A stretch of DNA of 52,499 bases from Callorhinchus milii (Eukaryota). Both the position numbers and the translations under genes were made by a program. The stretch is from positions 62,001-114,499 of the forward strand of contig NW_024704896.1 of NCBI RefSeq assembly GCF_018977255.1. The letters run 5' to 3'. Of the stretch, positions 35,051-47,858 are shown piece by piece. The notes under the pieces were generated by a model, which saw only the letters and a list, made by a program, of their open reading frames with translations, was not told the origin of the DNA and searched no databases. Numbering within the stretch: position 1 is the first letter of the stretch; every line of letters begins with the position of its first letter.

Positions 35051-37074
35051 TTCATCATTTCCATTTATTTGCTGTATTATGCAAAGGCAGCGATACAAAA
35101 CATTTTGTAACAGTGCCGGTTTGACTCTAAGGAAGAAAGGAGAATAGATACAAACTGCAATTTCCACATTTACCGACAAAATCTACAGAAAATTCGCGTT
35201 GCAGTGTATTCGGTCAAGGCGTTAGTCATCTAGAAGACGTTTTAAGGCGCCACATCCAATGCAAGGATTATTCTATTTCTATGACAGTTACCCTGTCAAG
35301 TCTTTTGAGACATTTCAGACATAATAATAATTCTTGCGTTTCATATGGAAACATACCAATGTTTCAATGCGACCTCATCTCTGAACGTCAACCCCCAAAG
35401 GGAAGATAAAGGGATTCAGATCAGCACACATGTTAATCCTGGCAGTTGACCTATTTGACAAATTGTGAAATTGCTGCTGAGTCTCTCAAAGGAAACACTG
35501 ATTAGTTTCCAACCAGAATAAAAGATTCAGTGGTATCACAGTGAAAAAAATATTTGTAAATCGTTGAAGAAGTAATATTAAACTTCACATTTGACAAAGC
35601 GCGCTTTTACGTGATCGAAAATCCTCAAAGCGGTTCATATTATACACTTCAAAATGTATGCATGTTCCTCACCAGCTGTCCATGAGACCAAATAAATCTT
35701 TTACCTTGATGTCTGTTTCTGCAAACATGTGCACCGTATGTAGTAAAATATTCTCACAAACGTTTGCACAGTCACTTACTTCACCGTCGTTTGGGGTCAT
35801 CCTGTTTTCTATTACACAGTGCAGCCCATGGGCATGATTAATCGTTTCTAAAGCAAGCTGAGATATCCAATGATCCCACCTACACGTGGAAATTGCAGAG
35901 ACAGTTTGTTGGAATAGAAGGCCCGTACTCTCCCTGAATGCCAAATTCCAGAAAATATTAGGCGCAGTTTCTCGAGAGCCGAGACTTGATCAAATCCAGA
36001 TTGTGCTGCTTGAGTATCGGCTGGAGACTAAGCAGCTAAAAGGTCACAGCTTGGCCTTGATATTGCTATCTGGCAAGCTTTCTCACAGCTTCTCCAGCAA
36101 AGGCCTAGCTGTTCGTTTTTTGGCTGCAGGGTTAACAGGAGATGAGTGGGAGATTTCCCTACCCCTAGTGACTGGTCGGCCATTCCATTTCTTGCAGTTG
36201 GACCAGGCTGGGCTGTGCTGCCATGAGCAATGAGTGCCTGGAATACTGTTGACCCCTCTGGCTCATGAACCGGACTAGAAACCATCAAAGACGTTTGCTC
36301 GATCCAAATATTCCTATTGCAAAATGTGTCACATTCGGGCCATTTTAGCTTCAAGCTGAACCCCTTTGCAAACTTACCAACATTGCCGCTTACACTTCAA
36401 AGCAAAGACTATGTTATATTGGTGTAGCAATTTTTACTTCGGGAAGATGTCCCAATGCTTTGGATAGTCGAGCTTTGTAACCGAGATTTGGAGGGTGTGT
36501 GGGTGGGGGGTATTGAAGCAAGTGTTTAGAGATGGTTGGCGGGGGAGTTTGGTGTGGTGAGATGGGCGGTGGGATTGGACGCTGCGGTGGTGAGTAATTG
36601 GGGGCTGAACTGAGTGAAAGGAGTAAAGACGTTGGGAAAGGGTTGTTGAGGAGGAACGTGTTGAGATGGAGTTTCTTTATCCGAGAGGAATATTAATGTT
36701 GTACGACTTGTACTGCCTGTACTGTATACACGGGTAAATGTAAACCAATTTGCATGATTTATAAATCAACTCATCCCGAGACAACACATACACTATCATT
36801 CTCCTGAAACACCACTAGATGCCGCTATATAGCAATACAATAAAATTGGCAGTTTTAAAGCAGCTTTCACGTCGAGAGAACCTATCACTAGCGCTTAGCA
36901 TTGTAGTAATGTGTTGTCCTGCAATTTAGATTTTAGAGGACTAGTGTCGCAAACGAGATGACCTGGGTTCTGTTCCCATGGGGAGAATAAAACTTAGACA
37001 ATTTCCTTACTCCGCAACACATTCTCTTGTAAGCGGTAAGTCGGATTCCGATTGTACATCCATTCTCGGATGGC

Positions 37075-37550
37075 TTTCTGCAGCAAACTGTCGACACCAA
37101 ATGTAAATTCGATTTCAAGATCCTCATCCTCACCTACAAGGTCATTCACGGACTTGCTCCCTCTTAACTCTCCGACCTTCTATCCCCCTACCTACCTGCC
37201 CGTACCCTCCGTTCCTCTGGCTCCTGTCTGCTGCACATCCCCCGCCCAAACCGCCCTACCATCGGTGGCCTTCATCCTCTCAGCCCCCAGGCTCTGGAAT
37301 TCTATCCTCCAGTGCCTTCGTCGCCTCCTCCCTTTTCCTCCTGCAAGGCCGGTCTCAAGACCTTTCTCTTTGACCGTGCCTTCAGCTCCCCTCTCGACTC
37401 TCTACCCCCTACTCACTGCCTCCCTTCCCTCCCCTCACCCTGACCATTTCCCCCCAATGCTCGGGACCTGACCCAACTGTACAGCGCCTCGGGACGTCCT
37501 CCTGGCGTGAAAGCCGCTCTATAAATGGAATCTTGTTTTTGTTGTTGTTG
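37075..37550 (+). mobile_element. L2 LINE 3' fragment with (GTT)n tail
   Basis: Matches the reverse complement of 21004-21450 (gatttcaagatcctcatcctcacctacaag...cagcgcctcgggacgtcc...ctataaatggaatcttgtttttgttgttg). Confidence 0.9.
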
Positions 37551-38749
37551 TAAATAGACAAGCAAGTACATCAATATATAAGTAAATAAAGAAATACATG
37601 AATAAGTACAAACATGAGTAAGATATTAATTCGGTCAAACTATTCACCTCCGTTTGTGGGAAACTGTTGTTTCCAATTTTGCTCACAATATATAGTCAAC
37701 CCACTTTACAATGTATTTTGTGAAACGCTTTGAGACGTGATAAGTGTCCATGTGAAATGTAAAGATTATTATGATTATCTGCGTAACCCTGGCTCCAGCA
37801 GCTTCATACTATCCTCACCGTCACACATAGACCCAAATTGCATAGACTTTCAGGATGGACACAACCACCCACCCACCCCCCTCCCAGTTTATTATGGTTG
37901 CATTCCGGTATATCAGTGCTTAGATCCCTCGATTCGCATGCGAGAGGCCTGGGTTCGATTCCCAGCAGGTGGCGGAACCCTGTGCAAATTTACTTACTAT
38001 ACACACAAAGAGGAACACGGACACAAACACACATACATACACAGATATGCCAGATAATAATCCCTCAAGAAATAAAACACAACAATAAATTGGTTTCTTG
38101 AATAGACGACTGTTTGTGCGGACACCGCTTGGCGCAATTCGCTGCCGCTTTTCGCCCACAACCAAACAGTTACTACACTCCACGGTATATCATGTGAAGC
38201 GCTTTGAGATATTCAGAACATGTGGAAAACTTTGTACTAAATACAAGGGATATTATTTTTATTAACAGTCAAAAATGTATAAGATAATCCTTGCATCTGA
38301 TATAAGACCTTATGATGTCGTATCGACGTCTCAAGGGAGGAAAGAAACTGGTAATATTTTAGATAATCACAAAATTCTGTTGTGCACGAATGATCAGCTC
38401 CACCTAATACTTCCTCAATCATTTCGATACTCAACACAATTGCCGATTGTAAAGAAGATTGTTTCATTTCAAAACAGACAACAACATAATAATGACTCTT
38501 ACATTTGATATCGCACCTCATTACATCATGGAGACGTCTCAAAGCGCTCCGCACGATACACTGTCAAGTGCAGTGACAGTGCGTTTTTTTGGCGATACTT
38601 GGCAGATAGTCTCAAATTCACAATCCACAAACAGTCGTGCATATAGTGAGCAAATTATTATTATTATTTTGAAGGGCTTCTTGTCTCTGGAAAGCGATCA
38701 GCCAATCGATAAAAACGCGGAGTCCTATCTACTGCCAAGTAAACAGAGG

Positions 38750-39261
38750 TGTGTGTGTCTTTGTCGGTCTGTGGGTGTGTGTCTGTGTGTGTGTGTGTGT
38801 GTCTGTCTGTGTATGTGTGTCTATCTGTGTGCGTGTGTGTGTATCTGCGCATGATGGGAATATTGATGGGAGTGGCGATGGGGGTGCAAATAAACTTGCC
38901 TAAGGTTTCAAACACAGATAGACTCAGACAGACAGAGACACAGACATAGAGAGAGCCACAAAAACAGTGAGTTAGATAGATAGACAGCATACACACAGAA
39001 ACAGAGATCGATAGACAGAAAAACTTACACACAGAAACAGAAATAGAGAGACAGACATACTTACACACAGAAACAGTGATAGATAGAAGGCAGACTTACA
39101 CACAGAAACAGAGACANNNNNNNNNNNNNNNNNNNNNNNNNNNNNNNNNNNNNNNNNNNNNNNNNNNNNNNNNNNNNNNNNNNNNNNNNNNNNNNNNNNN
39201 NNNNNNNNNNNNNNNNNNNNNNNNNNNNNNNNNNNNNNNNNNNNNNNNNNNNNNNNNNNNN
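38750..39261. repeat. (TG)n and (AGAC/ACAGAA)n microsatellites running into an assembly gap (N 39117-39261)
   Basis: Seen directly. Confidence 0.9.
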
Positions 39262-40652
39262 CATATATTATGCAAGCGTTAGTATGATAGTTTGCGAAAA
39301 CTGGCTCCAATAATAAAACTACTGCCTATAGCTCACACACACCGCCAAACTGCTTTGCCCTCCAATTACAAAGGTCAAGACAAGATCTGATCCCAAACTT
39401 CTCCTAACATCAGTAATTAGCTTCTTCCCACACCCTTTAAATCAGGTCAATGTTCTTGGACAGTGACGTTTGTGAAAATAATTAATTATAATAACACTCC
39501 TTGCATTTTATACAACGCTTCATCACCTCATCCATAACAACACGAAACTCTTCACATCAAATGCAGTAAAGTGTAGTGACTGTGTGTTTGATGGGCAAAA
39601 CGCGGCAAATAATTGGTGCATTTCGCCCGCAAAACGCGGCATCCTACACACATTAATTAACCAAAGTATTAATGTTTAACAGGAATATTACACCTTGCAG
39701 AGCGATCGAGCATTTAGCAAACAGGCAGGTTCCTAGTTGCTGCTATGTAAACTGAGTCGTGACTGTGCGTGTGTGTGTGTGTATGTGTGTTTGTGCCTTC
39801 GGAGTCAGGAAACTTGCCTAAGGTGTCGAAGAAAGACAGATGGGTACACAATCGGACAGACAGACAGACAGAGATGCACAGAAATACAGACAGAAATACA
39901 AACTGGCCGAGGCACAGGTCAATAATAATCCTTAGATTCGATACAGCGCTTTTTCATGCAGTTAACACTTGTTAAAGCTTTTCAAAGGATATACTGTGAA
40001 GTAAACATTCTAACATCTGCCTCCGCTTTCTTCTCTCGGTTATCGTGCGGCGCTACATCCCTGTATCACTCACTCTGCCCACTTGAGCATTTATAAATGC
40101 CCCAAACCTACACCGCTTTACCGAATGTTTCCCTCCTCCTTCTCCAACATCGTCAATCGCATGATCAATCACAAGAATCGCGGCTGCCTTGACCGGGCTC
40201 CCCACTCAGTTGCTGAACAATGTAATGGAACTCATTCCAAGTCAAAGGTGTGTTAGAAGCTGCTTCATGTGTCTTTACCAACTCTCAGTAAGGTCCCACT
40301 CTACAACACACAGCCTTTGTCCCACTCTCAGTATCAGTTTATAATTCCTTTCGTTGGCTCCACGTCGGTTGTCCATTTATTCCAAATTCAGCTTCAACAG
40401 TCACCACAAATCGCCATATACTGCCCGCTGCGCTCTAGCACAGTGAATCAGTCCCTTTCCTCAAGTAGGGTCTCCCCACACCGACCCAAATCCAACAGCC
40501 CGCCCACCCCTCAAAGCCTCTGTCACCAGCCATGATGTGACGCTGTTCAACACAAAGAAATCAAATCTCCAACGCTCTCACAGAGCAGCCCTGTGTTACT
40601 CACAGTCACTCTGAGGTGTCCGGGTTTGACGGTATCTCCTAGCGGTGAGAAT

Positions 40653-41374
40653 ATGTCTCTCCTCGGTGTCTCCATCAACTTCCTCTTCTTACAATGTAAG
40701 TTTTTGTTTCCATAACACAGCACTACAAAGCACCAATGAATGTCATCAATACGATGTGCAATATAATAATACAAATCCTTGCATTGATACAGCGAATGAT
40801 AACGTCAACGAGACTTCTCAAAGTGCTTCATGGAAAATAAGGTGAATTGACTTTTTAGTGGTCGAAACGTGGCAGGCAAATGAGGTAAATTTTTTTCATA
40901 AATGTGTTTTATCATGCATTATAATAATTCTCATCAATTGATGTTATAACTACAATTTATTTTATGACCATCTTATATCAGTTGCCATCAACCGAAATAA
41001 TTCCAAACCTTGGGATGTAATTTTAATAGCAGTGGTTAGTATTGAAATTTTCTTTAACTGATGTAATATTTTGTATAATTTTCAGGTGTTTTCAGTGCCT
41101 CAGTAAAGCAGACGCCATCCTCTTTTAGGAAAGAAGAATGCGACTCTTTGGCCATCAGTTGTGTCTTTGAAGAAGGGTACTATGATACATTCATCAACAT
41201 TGAATTTCATATGCAGTTTGGAAAAGGCACAGCTTGGAATCCCATCCCCCGTGAAAGACGTTTTGTTGTAAAGGCAGACAAGGCATCGAAGTCGTCTTCT
41301 CTGGAAATTAATGATTTGAAAGTTGAAGACAGCACTGATTTCAAATGTACAGCTCGATACTCTTACCATAATAC
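40653..41374 (+). CDS. NAR-TCR V gene, cassette 4 (leader 40653-40695, V exon 41086-41374), intact
   Basis: Leader MSLLGVSINFLFLQ|gtaagt; acceptor ttcag. V = VFSASVKQTPSSFRKEECDSLAISCVFEEGYYDTFINIEFHMQFGKGTAWNPIPRERRFVVKADKASKSSSLEINDLKVEDSTDFKCTARYSYHN; both canonical Cys present. Confidence 0.93.
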
Positions 41375-41412
41375 CACAATGCTGTTCCTGGGCTTCCGAC
41401 AATACAAAAAAC
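41375..41412 (+). other. RSS of NAR-V4 (CACAATG, 22 bp, ACAAAAAAC)
   Basis: Read directly. Confidence 0.92.
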
Positions 41413-41736
41413 CCCTTCACCAACTCACAGGAAAGTCACAGAGAATGTGAACTCCTCAATGTTTCAATACACATTCCTCACTGGTATGTGATGCACAATG
41501 ATATGTAATAGCACTTCCTTGAGAAAACGACTTTTGTTCAAGAATACATAGGAAAAGTGAGTGAGTATGAACCTGACGTAAGAGCTTTTTTGGACTCATG
41601 TAACTAGCAATTAATTACCAAGGCAGACAGCATACAAAGATCTCCAAGGACAATATACTGAAGAACTTTACAGTTATGTCACTGATTGATCATTTTTAAA
41701 TGGCAGGAAACATTTTAATTGTTTCTTCAAACCATT

Positions 41737-41806
41737 GCTTTTTGTGTTGACGGTAAAACAATGTGTTAGTTGGGTAGGCACACTGGAAAACATCAGCACA
41801 AATACC
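41737..41806 (+). other. NAR-TCR D segment 4 (coding 41766-41778, TTAGTTGGGTAGG), 13/12 RSS
   Basis: GCTTTTTGT, 13 bp, CAATGTG, D, CACACTG, 12 bp, ACAAATACC. Confidence 0.85.
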
Positions 41807-42120
41807 TTACAGCTATTGACTTGTAAATGCATCGGGGGTGTCACTTATGATGGTGTCCTTATTCTGCGTTGTTCAATGTGTCGAAATTTTGCTTTCGAAA
41901 TATATTACTTCGAGCAGATGTATGCTGGAGCTTTATAGAAAAATGTTCTTATGGCCGTGCACTTTGTCTGTGTTTGGATGGAAATAATATCGAAATTAAA
42001 CATGATTTGGAAGCACAAAATATTGGAAGATGGGACAGTGTTGGAGTGATAGCAATTAATGACCAATTTGAAATCAAATGATGTTATTGGTGACTGTGTT
42101 ACACCATGAACTGATTGCAC

Positions 42121-42213
42121 AGTTTTTGTACCTTGTAGATTGTGAGCCGTGTGACTGTGGTTTTAAAGAATATACCGCAGATGGATCACCAACCAAAGTA
42201 ACCGTAACGAAAA
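42121..42213 (+). other. NAR-TCR J segment 4 (coding 42160-42213, FKEYTADGSPTKVTVTK), 23-RSS
   Basis: AGTTTTTGT, 23 bp, GACTGTG; phase-1 donor A|gtaaat. Confidence 0.9.
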
Positions 42214-42943
42214 GTAAATGAGAAATACATCTGTAAATTTGCAGTTCACATAAATTTTATTCACATGAATTAGTAAAATGCTTTATTCGAAGTCATTTCT
42301 CCCAAATATAAACAACTGAGCCATTTCAACAAACCACTTGACCGATTATGAAAAAAAGTTTGTTGTGGAAACGATTAATGAGCTCCCACTGCGAAACTTG
42401 TTTCGCAAATAACCAGCTTTTATGTTGTGTTTTGTAAATTCACTGAATTAATCTGGGAAGTAGCTCCTCAGGAACAAGCACAGAGGAAATGTTGAACGAA
42501 ATTACGGTAATTTACTAGAGCCACGTACGTTGAGTTAAAGGACATATTAGAAATTCCCATCATCCTATAATGTTCCGAACAGTGTACAATTGAAAATGGT
42601 TACGTTCCATTGTGAAATATTATACAAATTGCTCCTTCCAACAAACCGCAGTTTTGAAGTTCGGTCAATATTCTGAAATATGAGCTCACATTCCTCTCTC
42701 CATTTATCCTGGTTTGATCTCTGCAATATCTGTTGGTACAGGCAAATAGATACACAAGCATAACGAGAAATATTCTGGTTGACAAAATGAAAGATATCAA
42801 AGTTGAGGAAAGATTGAAAAGAGGAAAGAATGAAAGAAAGAACCAAACAGATATACAAGCAAACAAAAAACAAGAAAAGAAAAACAAGCATGAAAAAAGA
42901 TTTGCAAGCAAGAAAGTAACACGAGAAGAAAGAAAGAATGATT

Positions 42944-43090
42944 NNNNNNNNNNNNNNNNNNNNNNNNNNNNNNNNNNNNNNNNNNNNNNNNNNNNNNNNN
43001 NNNNNNNNNNNNNNNNNNNNNNNNNNNNNNNNNNNNNNNNNNNNNNNNNNNNNNNNNNNNNNNNNNNNNNNNNNNNNNNNNNNNNNNNNN
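42944..43090. other. Assembly gap (N) within the J4-to-supporting-V intron, next to an A/G-rich simple repeat
   Basis: Seen directly; the true intron length is therefore uncertain. Confidence 0.99.
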
Positions 43091-43599
43091 CTCAAGTGAA
43101 AGTGCATTGAGCGGCTCACAGACTGAGAGAAACTGATATTGGCAACAAACCAGAGACCAAACCTCCTCCAGCAGCGATGTTACAGTAACGACATTTACAG
43201 ACGGGAAACTTTCGATTTGCTGCAACTGTTAACCCACTGAGTTAACGGTACAAACTGACACCTGATTCTCTGCTAAACATTCCCATGATCACCGACACCC
43301 AGAGCCTCAATGTGGGCAATCCGATACAGCAAACAGGTGTAAGACTAGACAAAGAAATCTGATTTAAATGGTGAATTTCTCAGAAATCATATAAATTATG
43401 TCACAGAAATAGCCGCAAGGATACGGCCTGCACTAAAATCTGGCTCAGCTACAGGAGGTCTCTACTTTAACCGATTCCTGCTCTTTCTAACATTGATGTA
43501 ACATTAATTCTTACCTTCAATTTAAAGCCTTTCAAAACACATTCGGAAAAGTCTCAAGGCCTTGGACAGGGTGAAGGATAGTTAGCAGAACAATTTCTG

Positions 43600-43989
43600 A
43601 GCAGAGGGACTTCATCTATATAGAAGGGACGAGTGTCTGACAATTTTCTCCTCAGAGCTTCGAAGTTTGACAAGAGATTTAATTGAAATTTTCACATTTG
43701 TGTAGGGTTTTAATAGAGCAGCAACGATAAAATGTAAAATGTTTCCACTCGCCAGTGGTTCGGTAATTAGAGAACCTAATTGTAAGATAAAAGAACACGA
43801 GTGTAGATAATGAGGATTTATTTGCACACTCTGAAAGTGTGCTGGAAGCAGATTCGAAAATAAATTTCAGAAGGCGAAAAATATAGAGGATTATGTGAAA
43901 AGGTCGGTGGAATGGGATCGGTTGTGCAGCTATTTACAAAGCCGAATTGCCTCTTCTATGGTGTAACTTTCCATAATTCCATGATTCTA
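43600..43989 (+). mobile_element. CR1-type LINE 3' fragment ending about 26 bp before the supporting-V acceptor
   Basis: gagggacttcatct...gagatttaattgaaatt...tgtttccactcgccagtggttcggtaattagag...ggaagcagattcg...gccgaattgcctcttctatgg...ccatgattcta. Confidence 0.75.
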
Positions 43990-44015
43990 AGTAACCTGTA
44001 ATGTGCATTCTGCAG

Positions 44016-44317
44016 GAAAGAGTTATACAGTTTCCCAGTCACCGCCTGAACAAACCACGATTGCTGGTGAGAGGATAAATGTACATTGCCAATATTCAGG
44101 AATCTGCGGACAGGATTTCAGTGTCTCCTGGTACCGTCAGTCCCCTGGCGAGGCACTGGAATACCTGCTCCACAGAAAATCCTCAGGAGAGGGAGGAAAT
44201 CCTACAAGAAATAATATTTTTGCTTATCTTGACACTGCCAAGAAAATCAGCGTTTTAACCATCGCCGGCCTGCGGCTGACAGACTCCGCTCTGTATCACT
44301 GTGCACTCAGTCTGCAC
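44016..44317 (+). CDS. Leaderless supporting Vdelta, cassette 4, intact
   Basis: ctgcag|GA AAG AGT TAT... = KSYTVSQSPPEQTTIAGERINVHCQYSGICGQDFSVSWYRQSPGEALEYLLHRKSSGEGGNPTRNNIFAYLDTAKKISVLTIAGLRLTDSALYHCALSLH. Phase-1 acceptor, in frame with the J4 donor; extra CDR1 Cys at 44105; no leader seen upstream. Confidence 0.93.
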
Positions 44318-44356
44318 CACAGTGATACACATCATAGGAAGCCTCGTACAATAACC
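44318..44356 (+). other. 23-RSS of supporting V4 (CACAGTG, 23 bp, ACAATAACC)
   Basis: Read directly. Confidence 0.93.
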
Positions 44357-44984
44357 CTCATCACAACCAAAGCTGGGAACAGTACAGTACAGTTAGTGAC
44401 AGACAGTGTAACAGACCCTTTCACAACTGGCACCGTAGCGCACACCTGATTGAGTTCATATCAAATCTATTAAAATATGCGTTTCTTTACATTTGGTAAG
44501 TTTTTCACCAATAGATGTTAGATTATGGTGAATTTTTTTGGGGAGTTATTTATGATAATACTAACAATAATTCTAGCAATTAAAATCGCGCCTCATAATG
44601 CCATTCACATATTTCAGTGTAATTCACACAGTATAACGAGAAGTGGATTTGATGCATATAGTCGCATTCACGCGACTATTTTCCTCGCCGAAAGTAGGCA
44701 CCCGAATGCTAGTCGACTGACACATCGATTTTCCGGAGGTGTTAGTCCTTTAAAATATGACTGCTGATAATACTGAAGACATTCAATCTAGAATTGCTTG
44801 AGGCAAACTGCAGTAAGCAATCGGCTGATGCATTTCCCCCTCAAAATTCAAAGTCACTTTAATTCGTACTGTATTCTATGCGGCGTTTTGAGACGTCTGG
44901 AAGGTGCGACAAGCGCTACATCAACTGGAATGATTTAATGTTTCTCTGATTCTGCGAAACTAAGAAACAGGTAATTTAATCCAG

Positions 44985-45287
44985 GGAGAAACGAGGTACA
45001 CAGCTTCCCAGTGACCGCCTGAACATACTGCTTTTGTTGCTGAGAGGATCAAATTATTGCTGGTATTCCGAATTGAGTGGTCAGCATTTCAGCGTTTCCT
45101 GGTACCGTCAGTCCCCGGCGAGTAACTGAAATACCAGCTCCACAGAAACTCGTCAGGAGAGGCAGGAAACCCCACTGGAGATCACATTTCTGCTTCTCTT
45201 GAAACTGCCAAGAAAATCAGCGTTTTAACCATCGCCGACCTGCGGCTGACAGACTCCGCTATGTATCACTGTGCACTCAGTCTGCAC
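44985..45287 (+). pseudogene. Second, tandem supporting-Vdelta-family pseudogene
   Basis: High similarity to 44016-44317, but TCA to TGA near the start and at least two frameshifts. RSS CACAGTG(45288), 23 bp, ACGATAACG. Confidence 0.9.
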
Positions 45288-45552
45288 CACAGTGATACAA
45301 AGCATAGGAAGCCTCGTACGATAACGATCATCATAATAAAACGTGGGAAAGGATACAGTACAGTTAGTGACAGACAGACAGTTAAACAAATCCTCTCCCA
45401 ACTGCCACCGTAGCCTGAACATGATTAAGTTCACATCAAGACAATTAAACCTGTGATAGTTTCCTTACTGTATATTTGAAATATTATTCATCAACAGATC
45501 CCAGATCCAGATCAATGTTTTTGGAAGTTAGACATGTTGATGAAAACATTAA

Positions 45553-46198
45553 CAAAAGAACAACAAGAACAACAACAAGATTTCATTTATAGTGCGCCTT
45601 TCACGACGGGAGGACGTCCCAAGGCGCTGGACAGTTGGGTCGGTACCCGAGCAGGGGGGGAAATGGTCAGGGTGAGGGGAGGGAAGGAAGGGAGCGAGGA
45701 AGGGGGGAGGCGGTCAGGGTGAAGGGAGGGAAGGGAGGGAGCGAGGAGGGGGGGATGCTCAGGGTGAGAGGAGGGAAGTTACGGAGCGAGGAGGGGATAA
45801 ATGGTTAGGGTGAGGGGAGGGAAGGGAGGGTGCGAGGAGGGGGGAGATGGTCAGGGGAAGGAAAGGAGGGAGCGAAGAGGGGGGAAATATTCAGGGTGAG
45901 CGGGGGGACGTAAGGGAGCGAGGAGGGGATAAATGATCAGGGTGAGGTTAGGGAAGTGAGGGAGCGAGGAGTGTGGAAATGGTCAGGGTGAGTGGAGGGA
46001 AGGGAGGGAGCGAGGAGGGTGAAATGTTCAGGGTGAGGGGAGGGAAAGGAGGGAGCGAGGAGGGGGTAGAGAGTCGAGAGGGGAGCTAAAGGCACGGTTG
46101 AAGAGAAAGGTCTTGAGACCGGCCTTGAAGGAGGAAAAGGAGGAAGCAATGCGAAGACACTGGGGGATGGAGTTCCAGAGCCTGTGGGCTGAGGCTAA
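45553..46198 (-). mobile_element. L2 LINE 3' fragment whose 3' UTR is expanded into about 9 tandem units of roughly 45 bp (45660-46075)
   Basis: The ends match 21004-21290. The internal tcagggtga...ggagcgagga unit recurs at about 45667, 45714, 45759, 45805, 45851, 45891, 45937, 45983 and 46028. Confidence 0.85.
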
Positions 46199-46950
46199 AA
46201 TATAATAACAAGTATGATACTCCTTCCGTTTGAATTCGTGCCTTGTCACTTCATTGAGACCTCTCAATGAGCTTTACAGAATACATATTAAACTAAATTG
46301 GGTAAATACTTTGTCGTCAAAGCGCCACAGCCAATTGTTCATTGGATAGAGTGAGGGAGAACCTTCGCAATTCTGTACGTTTATGGTCGATACATTAATA
46401 TTATGATCCACAAATCATTGGTTTAAAACATACGATAAACACTTACACACGGAATTTTTGTGAAATTACATTATAACGTCAATGGAGTCCTATACTTCAG
46501 TGGTTAGATTTCTCGCCTCGCAAGCGATTGGACATGGGTTCAAATCCGAAGAAGGGAGAAATGTTTTGCAAGTTTAATTGTACAAAACACACGACTCTTT
46601 TCGCCTATAGCCGAGTAGGAAACTGTTTGTTATTCGATTGGTGGTTAATTTTCCAGGGTCATAAAGCTGCAAAACCAAAGAATAACATTTTGTGCACTTA
46701 ATCCACGACTGTGTATTGGAGACTCATGCTCCATTAGAAAACACACAATCGCTCCATCAAAGACAAGGTTTATTTTAATGTTATTTACGGTTGAAGAATT
46801 CAAGATGTTCAATGATTTGATAAGGCATTGAAGGGATAACTGAAATAAAGAAACGTACGGGCTTTGAGGCAGAATTGTTTCTTACTTGACTTACTTTAGT
46901 ACACTAGGCTGATTTTTTTGACAACCCAGCATGGAAAATTAATCTTGGGA

Positions 46951-47394
46951 ATGAAGGAACAATAGCTCATCCTTTACGTTGTGAAATTCACTATTATTGG
47001 GCCTGATGTTTACGTCTTTCTCTCTCATTCTTAAAACAATTAGGCTTTGTGTGACAGCGAATAACAAGTTCTCTCTGGTTACAGGGACGAGGAATGGAGT
47101 CATTGTTGAACCATGAGAGATGCATGGAACTATCTGTTATTGAAGGAACGACTGTGACCCTGAGCTACACCTATTCTGCTGATTTCACCAATGTTTTAAT
47201 TTTCTGGTACTGTCAGTATCTATGGAATCTACTCTGTATACAAGGAGACATGATTGTGATGGGGATACATTCAATGCTGAATTTGCAACGCAATGTTTAA
47301 GGCCAAATCTGGACACGAGCAGGAAGAGATCCATTCTATTTGTGTTCCCCGTGGCTCTATCAGACATGGTCACATATTACTGTGCCATCACAGG
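46951..47394 (+). pseudogene. V-F, paralog of V-C (leader 46951-46993, V exon 47085-47394), pseudogene
   Basis: Leader has TAG and a GT-to-TT donor. V exon has an early TGA, frameshifts and Cys23 to Tyr. Degenerate RSS CACACTA, 23 bp, ACATAAATC. Confidence 0.9.
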
Positions 47395-47858
47395 CACACT
47401 ATTATTGTCAGACTGCACCACTGTACATAAATCTCCAACGAAGAGAGAAAGAGTCTCATCTCAGAACAGATGTTATTCCTGACAGTTGACCTATTTCAAA
47501 AATTGTGACTTTACTGCTGTGTCACTCAGAGGAAACACGCGACTAATTCCCAACCAGAAGCAAAATGTGATAGAATGGTTCATGCAGGGTACCAGTGTAA
47601 AATAAATAATAGTAAACCTTAGATTTAATGTAGCGCATTATCACGACTTCGAGACGTTTCAAAGGTCTTCACAATATATACTGTAAATCTATGTTGCTGC
47701 GAATTTGCTGAAAGATACAGTCAATACACTAAGCATATCATGTGCAATGCTTTGCGACGTCCCACCCTCTCAGTATTTTTTCCCCGTTACCAACGGCACT
47801 TTGGGCCTTTGGTCTCAATGAACGTCAACTGAGTTCGAATTTTACACTTTTTGTATAA

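Noticed and set aside
45660-46075. Ig class-switch region
   Set aside because: No AGCT/RGYW-rich units, clearly derived from the L2 3' UTR, and not upstream of a C exon.
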